NCBI GenBank assembly: GCA_965235115.1
Contig: OZ249442.1
Span: 34,658,001-34,722,000 of the forward strand
Length of the DNA stretch: 64,000 bases
Reading direction: 5' to 3'
Origin: Laetmonice hystrix
Lineage: Eukaryota
Shown: positions 13,401 through 26,264 of the stretch, one piece after another
Layout of the letters: each line of letters begins with the position of its first letter
How positions within the stretch are numbered: the stretch's first letter is position 1
Translations under genes and position numbers: made by a program
The notes under the pieces: model-generated
Database searches by the model: none
What the model saw: the letters and a program-made list of their open reading frames with translations, nothing else
What the model was told of the DNA's origin: nothing

Positions 13401-14786
13401 ATGAATGTATGCACGAGGGTAGTGTTGATCAATAGGCAGGAACGGATCCTTCATTTTTTTTTCTTTTTCGTATTACTGCAATCCATTGATTATTTACGTT
13501 TACTTTCCGATCATTATTGTAGAACATTACATGTAGTTGTAAAACAGAAGAGTACACTGCAGGAAACCGTCCATCCTACCTAAGCGACAGAAAACACCAC
13601 ACCTAATCAGGTCGTACTTTGTACACTAACAACACTTTAAAATTTGACATGATTTAAAAAAAATTGTTAAAAAAATTAAAAAACGAAAAAAACATAAAAA
13701 TGGTATGACCCGTCATATTATGGCATAGCAGTCATATTATGTCATACTATGTTTTACCAGTCATACGGAATGTTTTCTTTTTCCGACCCGTTAGCGACCG
13801 AATAGTTTTCACATGGCACCCAAATTTTGCTGAAGTCTTACAATCTTTGACGTGCTTGGATCCCGAGTTTAGATGAAACCATCACGTTCAGCAAGCTGTT
13901 GTTTCGGCTGTGATTGACAGAACTATGAATATTTGTGTGCGTGAATTAGTGCACGTTGTATGCGTGATTAGAATATTGATGAGATACCCCGGTCGACTGT
14001 ATCCAAGCACTTGTCCTTTACATAACTGTCATCTGGGCTTGTTTCGTGGCAGCCGTCTCCGTGTAGACACCCCCCCCCCGCCCCCTCCCCCCTCCTGGCC
14101 ATGTGCCAGGGCTGTGAATGGGTTAATGGGGTCGTGTTTTCTAGTTGATTGATTAGAAACCATTCACGCCGTCTTGCATGTCGTGTTCTCCCGTTGTTGT
14201 CAGCCCTTCTCCCCGTCAGACAGTCAGTTACGGGGTGTCAGGCGTTGTTTTTTTAATGGATTCCCCTCGGATCGTGATCGGACGGACGGACGGACGGACG
14301 CAGGTGGCTAATGTAACCGATTCGATGTGTTTGAGTTGGCCGTTAGTTTCCCGATGATTTCCGCACCCCCCCCCCCCCATCCCCGAACCCCCGTCACTGA
14401 AAATCCGACGGAATCCTACCCCGGGGGGCATAGCCTTGAACATGACCAAAAAACATCTGGATTGGTGAAAGAGTTCCTTGAGTGCAGATTTATGGGATCT
14501 GAACGATAATTGATTTAGTGAAGTATGAAAAAGACATAATTAAGTTTTTCATTGGAAACACAGGTATCCTGGAGACATTTGTTATGTTAGTCATTGGAGA
14601 CGGCAGATTAAAAACACCATATTGATTTTACTCTGATGCTTGCAATTAATTGCTAAATGGTTCGCCATAACAACAATAAAGTAGAGAAGTAGAAAAAATG
14701 AAGAAATGATAAAGGGAAAATGAAATTCTGTATAAAGAGAAAAAAAAGTGAGGAGGCCGATTTAGTAATCGATGGACCATTTAGTA

Positions 14787-15665
14787 TTGTGGGAAAGGTA
14801 TTTGAGTTATATTAGATAGTAGTAGGGTTAGGTGTCCGAGGTTGTGGGAAAGGTATTTGAGTTCTATTAGATAGTGGTAGGGTTAGGTGTCCGAGGTTGT
14901 GGGAAAGGTATTTGAGTTCTATTAGATAGTGGTAGGGTTAGGTGTCCGAGGTTGTGGGAAAGGTATTGGAGTTATATTAGATAGTATTAGGGTTAGGTGT
15001 CCGAGGTTGTGGGAAAGGTATTGGAGTTATATTAGATAGTATTAGGGTTAGGTGTCCGAGGTTGTGGGAAAGGTATTGGAGTTATATTAGATAGTATTAG
15101 GGTTAGGTGTCCGAGGTTGTGGGAAAGGTATTGGAGTTATATTAGATAGTATTAGGGTTAGGTGTCCGAGGTTGTGGGAAAGGTATTGGAGTTATATTAG
15201 ATAGTATTAGGGTTAGGTGTCCGAGGTTGTGGGAAAGGTATTTGAGTTCTATTAGATAGTGGTAGGGTTAGGTGTCCGAGGTTGTGGGAAAGGTATTTGA
15301 GTTATATTAGATAGTAGTAGGGTTAGGTGTCCGAGGTTGTGGGAAAGGTATTGGAGTTATATTAGATAGTAGTAGGGTTAGGTGTCCGAGGTTGTGGGAA
15401 AGGTATTTGAGTTATATTAGATAGTGGTAGGGTTAGGTGTCCGAGGTTGTGGGAAAGGTATTTGAGTTATATTAGATAGTAGTAGGGTTAGGTGTCCGAG
15501 GTTGTGGGAAAGGTATTGGAGTTATATTAGATAGTAGTAGGGTTAGGTGTCCGAGGTTGTGGGAAAGGTATTTGAGTTATATTAGATAGTAGTAGGGTTA
15601 GGTGTCCGAGGTTGTGGGAAAGGTATTTGAGTTATATTAGATAGTAGTAGGGTCAGGTGTCCGAG
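14787..15665. repeat. 55-bp minisatellite, 16 copies
   Basis: GTTGTGGGAAAGGTATTTGAGTTATATTAGATAGTAGTAGGGTTAGGTGTCCGAG; CCGAG ends at 14840, 14895 and so on. Confidence 0.98.
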
Positions 15666-15712
15666 GGTGTTAGCAACCGGGCGGGCAGGTTACCGGCGAC
15701 TTGACCCTGACT

Positions 15713-15820
15713 GACCACGTGGGCAGGGACCACGTGGGCAGGGACCACGTGGGCAGGGACCACGTGGGCAGGGACCACGTGGGCAGGAACCAGGTGGGCA
15801 GGGACCACGTGGGCAGGACC
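15713..15820. repeat. 15-bp minisatellite GACCACGTGGGCAGG x7 (CACGTG E-box in 6 units)
   Basis: Direct reading of the sequence. Confidence 0.95.
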
Positions 15821-15945
15821 GGGCACAGCCGGACACGTGATAGCGGTTATCTGGTTACGAGCACACTGAGTCGACGCTTTGGTGGTAACAACGAGACTAG
15901 ACAGTTCTGTCTAGTTTATAGTGGATGGTGCCGTGTCCAGTCGCC

Positions 15946-16146
15946 AGTCTGAGACCGGGGTCAGTGCCAAGTCTGAGACCGGGGTCAGAGCCAGGTCTGA
16001 GACCGGGGTCAGTGCCAAGTCTGAGACCGGGGTCAGAGCCAAGTCTGAGACCGGGGTCAGAGCCAAGTCTGAGACCGGGGTCAGAGCCAAGTCTGAGACC
16101 GGGGTCAGAGCCAAGTCTGAGACCGGGGTCAGAGCCAAGTCTGAGC
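15946..16146. repeat. 24-bp minisatellite AGTCTGAGACCGGGGTCAGAGCCA, ~8 copies
   Basis: Direct reading of the sequence. Confidence 0.95.
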
Positions 16147-16160
16147 CAGGTTGCTGCATA

Positions 16161-17166
16161 GTACCCAGTCTCATACCAGATTCTGTGTTTGGTACCCAGT
16201 CTCAGACCGGAGTCTGTGTTTGGTACCCAGTCTCAGACAGGAGTCGGTGTTTGGTACCCAGTCTCAGACAGGAGTCGGTGTTTGGTACCCAGTCTTAGAC
16301 CGGATCAAGTCTGTGTTTGGTTTTAGACCGGAGTCTGTGTTTGGTACCCAGTCTTAGACCGGAGTCTGTGTTTGGTACCCAGTCTCAGACCGGAGTCTGT
16401 GTTTAGTACCCAGTCTCAGACAGGAGTCGGTGTTTGGTACCCAGTCTCAGACCGGAGTCTGTGTTTGGTACCCAGTCTCAGACCGGAGTCTGTGTTTGGT
16501 ACCCAGTCTCAGACAGGAGTCGGTGTTTGGTACCCAGTCTCAGACCGGAGTCTGTGTTTGGTACCCAGTCTCAGACAGGAGTCGGTGTTTGGTACCCAGT
16601 CTCAGACCGGAGTCTGTGTTTAGTACCCAGTCTCAGACAGGAGTCGGTGTTTGGTACCCAGTCTCAGACCGGAGTCTGTGTTTGGTACCCAGTCTCAGAC
16701 AGCAGTCGGTGTTTGGGACCCAGTCTCAGACAGGAGTCGGTGTTTGGTACCCAGTCTCAGACCGGAGTCTGTGTTTGGTACCCAGTCTCAGACAGGAGTC
16801 GGTGTTTGGTACCCAGTCTCAGACCGGAGTCTGTGTTTGGTACCCAGTCTCAGACCGGAGTCTGTGTTTGGTACCCAGTCTCAGACAGCAGTCGGTGTTT
16901 GGGACCCAGTCTCAGACAGGAGTCGGTGTTTGGTACCCAGTCTCAGACCAGAGTCTGTGTTTGGTACCCAGTCTCAGACAGGAGTCGGTGTTTGGGACCC
17001 AGTCTCAGACAGGAGTCGGTGTTTGGTACCCAGTCTCAGACCAGAGTCTGTGTTTGGTACCCAGTCTCAGACAGGAGTCGGTGTTTGGGACCCAGTCTCA
17101 GACCGGAGTCTGTGTTTGGGACCCAGTCTCAGACCGGAGTCTGTGTTTGGTACCCAGTCTCAGACC
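16161..17166. repeat. 31-bp minisatellite GTGTTTGGTACCCAGTCTCAGACCGGAGTCT, ~32 copies
   Basis: AGTCTCAG recurs at 16381, 16412 and onward; two alternating variants (ACCGGAGTCTG / ACAGGAGTCGG). Confidence 0.97.
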
Positions 17167-18213
17167 ATTGAGGCTGACATTTCCACAGCTGTTAGCAGTC
17201 AGACGTTCAATCCGTTTCTCAGCTCTCTCCACGTCAGGCCGATGACAGCTGGTGAAAGAGAACATTCAACGAGACATTAAGTGGATCATTTTACACTGCC
17301 GAGCTCACGTAATGCCGACCGCGCCTAAAACCCAACCTTGCCAGGCGCTCACTGCATTTTCCACTGGCTTATTTCACGGCGGCCATTAAGACGGGCCTGA
17401 TTGTATTTTGGCAGGCAGCCTCACAACAAGCTGTTTTCTGGGTGTTAATTGCAGGCATATTGCAGCCTCATCTGTAACGGTAATTGCCCAAATAATACGG
17501 TTAGCTTTTGACAGTTACTCCGATTAATTGGCGCTGGTATTGTTTTAGCACAGGTGTGTGTGCCTGCTGCTTGCTGGGAACCGATTAAACATGGGCTTTC
17601 TTCTTCCTAATCCCGCTAACAGAGTATTTGACCATTGAAGTCGGCAAAGCCAGGCCGTCAAACTGTCCATCAACAGTGATAGCAATCTTCTTTCATTTTG
17701 GCTTTTGTGATTAAAATAGTAGTCGTTTAATGAATGGGTTTAATGAAAGTCAGATAATCCAGTCGAGATCTACTTCATATAATTCTAATTAACCTTACTA
17801 ATCAGAGATCGTTTAGGTGTTAACATTTGTGAACTGTCGATAATCTTCTCGAATTGAGCTGAAAGTTCACACAAACTAGGTCAGTGTTGTTAATGTGGTA
17901 GGTTTCATTACAGATGTACAGATGTACATGCGCCAGTATTGAAGGCGTGAATTCATGAAACATATTAAAGGACAAGCCATGTAAACGTGCATGGAACAAG
18001 CTATATGAAAACCGACTGTACTACATGGATATTGCCCACATCATATCTATGTATAAGATGCAAATAGGGGAAATTTTATTTACTGGTCGTAAGTTATAGG
18101 TAAGTTTATAATTGAGGACTGTAAATTAATCACGGTATCCTATGAATAAATTGGCATGATGATGATGATGTTAATATGATAATGTGACTAACAGGTTGTG
18201 TGTGTCGTTTCAG

Positions 18214-18285
18214 GTTCGTATCCGAAGACTGCCCATGTCCATGCAGACGACCTGGGGCAGCCAAAACCACAACCCTCACAACCAG
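18214..18285 (+). CDS. TOX: Candidate upstream TOX exon (72 nt, ends phase 0)
   Basis: Acceptor gtgtgtcgtttcag| and donor AACCAG|gtagaa. Translates VRIRRLPMSMQTTWGSQNHNPHNQ and joins in frame to TFHTPSFG. The first 7 codons could be 5' UTR if ATG-TCC-ATG is the start. The donor is only moderately strong. Confidence 0.5.
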
Positions 18286-18955
18286 GTAGAAATTAGGGTC
18301 CACCCCAACCCACACCAACATCTTACAACTCGGTGCCACCAAATCGCTCACAACTTGCCGCCCACTGTTACAGGCCCACTTTCGGTTTCGGCTGTTAAAT
18401 TCCGCATAGCTCACATATATCATGATCAATTATCAATACAATTAGGCTGGAAGTAGATGGCAAAGTCAAACGTTCATTTTAATATGTATGGAACGTTGTT
18501 TTTGGTTCAATAGAAATTAAAATAATTGTGATATTCGATATAAACGAGCGATTTTTATGTGATTGCCATCAGGTCTTGTATCTAATACGGACCTAATTGC
18601 GTTAAACCAATCGAAAAACAAAACTTGAGAAGGAAATGTTTTACATTGGGAGTCCGGTACATGTATGTGAGCGGTATAAGGGTGCGGCAGAGACGCCAGA
18701 GGTCATGACCTTTGACGTCCGGCCGACAGTATGTAGATTGTGTATACTCCTGTAGGGATGTAGGCGTCGTTTAACGTTGTAATGTTACACTGATTGAGAA
18801 TAGACGTATCGATAGATCGATGTCCATGACTGAGTGATTGATTGACCCTCAGCGTTCGGTGGGACGCTGGTATCTGGCTGCCGAGGATCCTGCTATGGAC
18901 GTAATCTAATCACAGTTCCCACGGTCCTGAAAATATTAAATACTAATTGTTTCCA

Positions 18956-19203
18956 TGGGAAACAATGGTGAATGGAATGGGAAACAATGGTGGATGGAAT
19001 GGGAAACAATGGTGAATGGAATGGGAAACAATGGTCAATGGAATGGAAACAATGGTCAATGGAATGGGAAACAATGGTCAATGGAATGGGAAACAATGGT
19101 CAATGGAATGGGAAACAATGGTGGATGGAATGGGAAACAATGGTGGATGGAATGGGAAACAATGGTGGATGGAATGGGAAACAATGGTCAATGGAATGGG
19201 AAA
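18956..19203. repeat. 22-bp minisatellite ATGGGAAACAATGGTCAATGGA, ~11 copies
   Basis: Direct reading of the sequence. Confidence 0.93.
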
Positions 19204-19433
19204 TAGCAAAAAGTGAAAGTGACGCAAAGGTCATGAGATCTCACCGACGAGTCTGTAGGTAACGCAGCAAAGACCCGGCCGGTAGGACAGTTTGAATATT
19301 ATATTGTGTTGAACGTTTGTTATGTGCAAACTGTTCGTTGTCTCATTTTGGCATGAGATCATTTGGAACCAACATGAAAAAAAGAGAAAATGATTTAGAA
19401 ATCCAGACGTGGGAACTGTGATTGACTACCATA

Positions 19434-19984
19434 AACCTGTTTGATTTCTGTACAGTTTTGGGCAATGAATCTGTTTGATTTCTGTACAGGTTTGGCCCAT
19501 GAACCTGTTTGATTTCTGTACAGTTTTGGGCAATGAATCTGTTTGATTTCTGTACAGGTTTGGCCCATGAACCTGTTTGATTTCTGTACAGTTTTGGGCA
19601 ATGAATCTGTTTGATTTCTGTACAGGTTTGGCCCATGAACCTGTTTGATTTCTGTACAGTTTTGGCCCATGAGCCTGTTTAATTTCTGTAGAGTTTTGGC
19701 CCATGAGCCTGTTTGATTTCTGTACAGTTTTGGGATGAACCTGTTTGATTTCTGTACAGGTTTGGGCCATGAACCTGTTTGATTTCTGTACAGGTTTGGG
19801 CCATGAACCTGTTTGATTTCTGTACAGGTTTGGGCCATGAACCTGTTTGATTTCTGTACAGTTTTGGGCCATGAACCTGTTTGATTTCTGTACAGTTTTG
19901 GGCCATGAACCTGTTTGATTTCTGTACAGATTTGGGCCATGGACCTGTTTGATTTCTGTACAGTTTTGGGCCATGAACCTGTTT
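19434..19984. repeat. 33/34-bp minisatellite CCTGTTTGATTTCTGTACAGTTTTGGGCCATGAA, ~16 copies
   Basis: Direct reading of the sequence. Confidence 0.95.
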
Positions 19985-20964
19985 CCTTTATGAGGCACGG
20001 GGCGGCCACACTGCCTCTATACGCTGATCATTAGCATCCCAAGGTTGAAAAGACAGTCATCTCATCTTGACCTGAATTCCCGATGTAAATTACGTATTTT
20101 TGTCACACTGATATATTGAAATCGTTTGTTTGTGTAGTTTCTTGGACCGCTATTTGTTTACACAGACACGGGTTATTAATTTATTAGTAGCGGGGTAGCT
20201 CGTGGAAGATGATCAATATTTTTGTTAACTCTCATGTTGTTATTTTTGTTTAAATTTCGATGAAATGTTTAATTTATGAGTTTCGAGAACACGTTGTTAT
20301 TTTCTCTAAATGACGTTGCCGTTGTTTACCAGTTTCACAGACCGACCACAAGGTGAGACCGACTGCCGTGGGTATCGGCGAGGTTTTTATTCGTCTCTCC
20401 TTCAGATGGTTTATTGATTTGGTTATTTGGCTCGCTCGTGGAGAATTCGGAAAGGGCTGCGGGTGTAACCGGAAGTCCAGACTATTTACGTTTATTCATT
20501 CTGTGGGACCACCTCTTACGTTTGTCAGTGTTTGATGCAGTCAAACAGACCTAGCTGGCCCACTCCAATGAGGTTTTCATCGATTTTCTTGTCTGTTCAC
20601 TTTATTGTAGCCAGGAGAGTTATGATTAATTATTCATTCTTTCTTAAAAACTTTGCGATGAGCTATGTCTAGAAAACTTACCTACTTGTCTAACATTTGG
20701 TCATTTAGGTATTTGCTCCCTGTGTTCTGGGAGATTATTGAAATAATCTTGACATTTACCGGGCCGGGAAAAGCCTGAATTCGGCTTCCACGCATGGCTG
20801 GTATCCATTCGGCCCAACTTCCGGTCGCTTCGCTAGTTGTGCTCTCGGACCTCGCAAGCCGTAGAGATATGACAGAGATTCCACGGGTTTGGGCACATCA
20901 CAACTCGCGTAGTGCGCAAAGTAGTTCATAGTTCGTCAGTATTCGGCCTAACGCGGGATTGTTC

Positions 20965-21335
20965 ATCGGGAAAGATGGATAATTTCCGAAGATTTGCAGT
21001 CTCGATCAATCTTAGCAGCCGCGAGACATTCAGTTTTGCAGTATTTATGAAACCATACGACTTTACTAGCTTGCATCAACATAAGAAATGACGTCATACG
21101 CCCGAAGGAATCCCGAGTGAGACAGCGCGTCCGTGGGACGAACGTTGACCTCCGTCTGACGATAAACAATGCCAATAGGAATATATTCAACATCTAAAAA
21201 AGTATCTATAGAGACCTGAATAGATTTTCTTTGACGTCTAATCCACTTGTCAGAGGTATCAAACGGGTATCTGCTTTTTAAACAAGCCAGACACTGCTTG
21301 TCTTTCACCTTTGTCGGTGTGTCGGCCGTCGCCAT
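20965..21335 (-). pseudogene. Possible decayed coding relic (MATADTPTKVKDKQCLAC... frameshift ...VWFHKYCK), unknown family, possibly transposon-derived
   Basis: AAAATGGCG start context, 89-codon ORF 21335-21066, continuing after a +1 shift into KVVWFHKYCKTECL. C-x2-C ... H-x2-C spacing. No family identified. Confidence 0.25.
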
Positions 21336-21514
21336 TTTGACCACGTTGTGTCACGTGATAAAAGAAGATCCAACATGGCGACGACCGTGCGAGGGCCGAG
21401 AGGATCTGTCCCGAACAGTCCCGAGGTTGGCCGAATGGGCTGGTATCATGTGACTCTACAGACCTGCAGTGAAGGCGATACGACGATTTCATTGGTTCCC
21501 AGTGCCGACCAATC
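21328..21514. promoter_or_regulatory. Promoter-like cassette: two outward-facing YY1-type ATGGCG sites flanking a GTCACGTGA E-box, plus two CCAAT boxes
   Basis: CGCCATTTT 21330-21338, GTCACGTGA 21350-21358, AACATGGCG 21372-21380, ATTGG 21491-21495, CCAATC 21509-21514. Confidence 0.5.
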
Positions 21515-22012
21515 AGCGTTAGGCCCGCGAGATGCGCCGCAACGTAACAGTATACCCAGACGACACGGCTAATTGTTCTCGCCACCCCTTCAGTGTTGAT
21601 ACACTCCTGCCAATTGGCGACCTAATTAAAACCTACAAATGAACAGTTATTTGATTATGAATATTAAGTGGACCTTTTTTTTCTGAGTTACTGGCTGTTA
21701 CTGCCGGCGCTCTTCCTCCTGACATCACGTCCACAGTGGCCGACTAACGTCGATTGATTAATCTTGCCTGAGGAAATTATTGCAAATCATTGATTGACAA
21801 AAAGGTGGCTGCGATCCTTAATGAAGGGAGGAGAATGGAGAATGAGGCTTTTAACATAGTGGTACACAATCGCTGATGGCGTGTGGGTCAGCTCACTGAG
21901 CGACGGCAACTCATCGTAATCGAATACTAACTCGGTTTATTAGGTAAAAATGAAATCGAGTTCTGTGAAGACGGCTGGGGAGTGTTTATCGTTATGTTAG
22001 TTTGGGTGGAGA

Positions 22013-22487
22013 TGTTTCAGTTGAGGTCATCAGTTGATAATGTCGTTGTCCAACATGTTTGGTGAGGAAAGATTGACCAATGTTTCAGTTGAGGTCATCA
22101 GTTAATAATGTCGTTGTCCAACATGTTTGGTGAAGAAAGATTGACCAATGTTTCAGTTGAGGTTATCAGTTGATAATGTCGTTGTCCAACATGTTTGGTG
22201 AGGAAAGATTGACCAATGTTTCAGTTGAGGTCATCAGTTAATAATGTCGTTGTCCAACATGTTTGGTGAGGAAAGATTGACCAATGTTTCAGTTGAGGTT
22301 ATCAGTTGATAATGTCGTTGTCCAACATGTTTGGTGAGGAAAGATTGACCAATGTTTCAGTTGAGGTTATCAGTTGATAATGTCGTTGTCCAACATGTTT
22401 GGTGAGGAAAGATTGACCAATGTTTCAGTTGAGGTTATCAGTTGATAATGTCGTTGTCCAACATGTTTGGTGAGGAAAGATTGACCA
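22013..22487. repeat. 68-bp minisatellite x7
   Basis: TGTTTCAGTTGAGGTCATCAGTTGATAATGTCGTTGTCCAACATGTTTGGTGAGGAAAGATTGACCAA starting at 22013, 22081, 22149 and onward. Confidence 0.98.
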
Positions 22488-23150
22488 GTGTGACAAAACA
22501 GGGGGTGGGGTGGTGGTATTGGACACCAGTCTTTAATGACATATATATGTCAGGAATCTTTCGCAAAGCCTTTTTTTTTCATTGAGGGGATGATAATTAG
22601 TATGGAGGGGAAAGCTGTGATTGACAGGTGGGGTGGTTGGGGACGGCTGCGCCCCCACCCTCCACCCCAGCCCTCAGCCGACCACTGGAACAAGTTTGGT
22701 AAAACGTACCCTGGCAGGGACAGAACAATGCCAAGTGACTTGGAGATTGATCAAGTTGAACCCCTCCCCCCACGTTTCCCTCCACCCCACCCCCACCATC
22801 CGGTCCTTGCCCACCTGGGGACAACAAGAAGACTTACGTTACATGAGGCAATGACCCCTGACCCCTGACCCTCAGAAAGGTGTCAACGTCACAGTAACCC
22901 ACTCGGTGACGACAGGTGCCCGCTGTCCGTCGACGTGCCCACGCCCACTCGACCACCGCCACCCCGCCGGTCACTGTCCGGCTGGCTGTCACTCAGACCG
23001 GCCGATCGACAGATAGCACACAAACAAGATGGAGTTAGCCCGTAATAATGTGTAGTATTTTATCTCACAAATTGTCTAGAGCTAAGGTCTGAATGATATC
23101 GGGACGCCATCTCAATGACCTATATATTTGTGTCGTGTGAGGAGGACGGT

Positions 23151-23228
23151 AACAACATGGGGTTTGATAACAACATGGGGTTTGATAACAACATGGGGTA
23201 TGGGGGTGGTAATAACATGGGGTTTGGT
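23151..23228. repeat. 18-bp repeat AACAACATGGGGTTTGAT, ~4 copies
   Basis: Direct reading of the sequence. Confidence 0.85.
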
Positions 23229-26200
23229 AAGAAAAATACGTGTGAGGGTTTGGGGATAACTTGGTTTTACCTCGTGTACGTAGCTGGTTGTAAACGGAAC
23301 TATCTCGAATTATCAGATTCTCTGGTCCTGTGAAGCAATGGTTGAGATGTTGTTCAAACACAGAGCAGCAGGGCCAGTAGCGGTGATTAGCTTTTCCTAC
23401 AGCCGAATATATCCGATCTGAGATCGGCAATAGCAGTCAACGTATGACGGAAGACGATACAACCGTTTGAAGACGGTTGTTTACTCATTCACCAAATTAA
23501 ATTCTCTTCTAAATACTTTCATTTGGATCAGTTTTTGTCAGACGGAATAAAATTCATTGTTTTATTTGATAGAAAAATCAGATTCTCAGTAGAAATACAG
23601 CTTTTCTGTCTGTCTAAATGGAAATTAATTTGACTGCTAAGATTTCTTCCTCATGGAGTCGGGGTGGGGGTATTATTTGGAGACAGACAGGAGGAGTCCT
23701 TTGAGAACAGGCCACAGGTCCTGTGTGGACGATTGCTAGAAGTCCTCCCCTCCTCCACTGATTACATCTCGTGACTCATCCACTTAGAGACAAAGGCTCA
23801 CTTTCGATCATGTGTAATCTCCCTCTGCCGTTCTCTTTACCTCTGGCAAAAGTACAAATAAGATTACACACTAATCCTTTGTGATTTCCACCTGCTTATT
23901 TCAAACATATCGAGTTTCAGTGGTGCCGCGTAATGCTAACAGACAGGAACGATATTCATGGTTTGAAATACCCTTCATTATGGCAATATGATAAAACATC
24001 TCGTTGACAAGTACCTGGAGTAGCAAATACTTTGTGAGTACATATGTTGACTACGGTGAGTTCATGTAATAACGGAGTTGTTGGGAATTAGATTGCGTTA
24101 ATCTAATTAGAATGTATAAGATAATTGGTTTCTGAATAAGGCCTTAAGCCATAGTGAGGGCAAGAAATAATGTATTGATGGTGTATAATATTAGTGTGAC
24201 TGATACAGATGGAGGGCTGGTGTATGACGGCACATAATGTGACCGATATAAGAACCCGTCTGCAGTACGTCTCTCATGCAGGAATTGATTGGGAAGTCGG
24301 TCTTGCCATGCAAAGAATCTCAATCCGTTGCTAGGTGACAGGCTGCAGCTATGGCAACTGAATGGCAGCCTATTTAGGCACCTTTAATTGGATACCTCAC
24401 TTCAAAGATGCCACTAGATATGGCATAAGAAAAATCCAATTTTCTTCTTGATGTCATATTTCAGCATTTTTGTCATCTTCTATAATTAAACGTGAGATAA
24501 AAGTGGACTTTTTCCCATAAAGTATGAATCACGCCGACCATATTAGGTGCAATAGAATGTCATCTTAGAACAAAGTGTAATTAAACCAGTGGAGAATTCT
24601 CAATAGCTCTGCACATTTATGAATTCAGCAGCGAACAGAAGAAAAGACAGCAAGGCCGGCCTGATTAATCTGAAATATTATTACAACATTTTATGTTAAA
24701 AAATGGTTTCAGATGAGAAGGCTTTGCGATTGTGTTTGTAATTGAATTTCAAATTCAATGCTAACAGAAGTTCTCAGCGTGTATTAATCTTTTTATCTTA
24801 AAAAACAGTTGACTGTTTTTGTTTCAGTCAGACCTTAAAGGATTTCGTTCAGTTCCTTTTTAAGGATCTGGCGTACACACAAAAAACACCGGCATTATTG
24901 TAGTTCTTTGAAAAAAAAAACCCGTCACCATTAAGCAATCCCCCATAAATGGATCGAAGACGCTTTAAAAAAAAAAAATCTTTGACTGTTCTAGGTTCAA
25001 GGTTTTATGGTCGCTATTTCATACCTGTCTGATCTTGTTAAAGAATTGATATTCTCGGCTGATGACGGGTAGTGTGTAGACCTAACGAGTGGTAGACCTG
25101 AGTGTATCTCGACACTGTGGGTATACCGTGAAATCCTGCGTCATTTTGTGTTTTGGTGAGTTCTCCCCAAATTGATTCCCGGTCCCAGTGATATCCCGAG
25201 GTTTGTCTGCGGAAGTCGACTCGACCGGAGCCGGGGGGGGGGGGCAGGCGGGGGGGGGGGGGGCGTCACCTAATCATGGATAAATGTAAATCCGTCGGTC
25301 CTTTGATGTCGACAGAAATCAAGTATCAATAAATGACCTGGCGTTATTTGTGTGACACCCAGGTTTTGACAGCCAACAGCTGGCCCATTCAGGTCAGGCC
25401 TAGGATGGCCTCTCATGTGTCACGGCGACAAATTTGCTATATTTGATATGTGATGAAAAAAGAACGGGGTGTCCAGGCCAGTATTGTTGGGCTCAGTGCA
25501 GGTGGGGTGGAGAAGGGTCTTTGTGTCAGAGCCGGGGTCCCACCCCACCCCCCGTCTCATTGTTGGGGGGTATTGTAAAACAGGGCGCACACAGGTGTGT
25601 TGTAAAAGGTGTAATATCATATTACGGGTGTGGGGACTTGGGAGCAGAGGATAAAACGTTTAGAACCCACAGCTCGCCAGGCCCCGAGCAGTTTGCAAAC
25701 AAAGATGTCGGGGTCCATATGCTTGCTGGGGTTGCCTCAGTGAGAGGGTTGATAGGGTATCTGTCATCAGATTTCAAGATCAACCGTGGTAGACTGCGGT
25801 GAAATCGGTTAAATCTGGTTACGTGTATCCCCAGTTATAAATCATACAAGGAAGGTCGCCTGGGGACAGGTAAAATTATACGGGCAGGCCAGGATTACCA
25901 GCTTTATAACGAATCGTAAGATATTTCAAAGCGTTTTGAATCCAGTCTAGGAGACCTCGGTGAGAACCTGATTAAAGTTTGAATATGGCAAAGCTTTATA
26001 ATCATGGCAAAAAAAAGTGGAAAGAGAGATTGGCAGCGGAAAACTGAACCGGCCCGACGGTCGTTTGAGTATATAGATAAGTAATTTATGTGGCATTTTA
26101 CCCAGGGACGTGATATCATTTAATGAGAGGCAAAATTAATATAATAATCTTCCTGGAAGAGGCATGGTTATTGCTGATTGAGATAAGTCATTTATGTAGG

Positions 26201-26264
26201 TCTACTCCCTTCCCCGGGGACATAATTTATCAGGTAATTTATATGTTCTCTCGATACGGGACAT

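Noticed and set aside
14787-15665. Interstitial telomeric array
   Set aside because: Only one AGGGTTAGG motif per 55-bp unit; no tandem TTAGGG.
15921-17280. ORFs up to 271 aa (VPSLRPESVFGTQSQ repeats)
   Set aside because: Translation of the 24- and 31-bp arrays.
19343-20009. Minus-strand ORFs with CTEIKQVHG repeats
   Set aside because: Translation of the 33/34-bp array.
23151-23228. NNMGF repeats resembling the Asn-rich second exon of vertebrate TOX3
   Set aside because: Simple 18-bp tandem repeat with no convincing splice sites giving the right phase.
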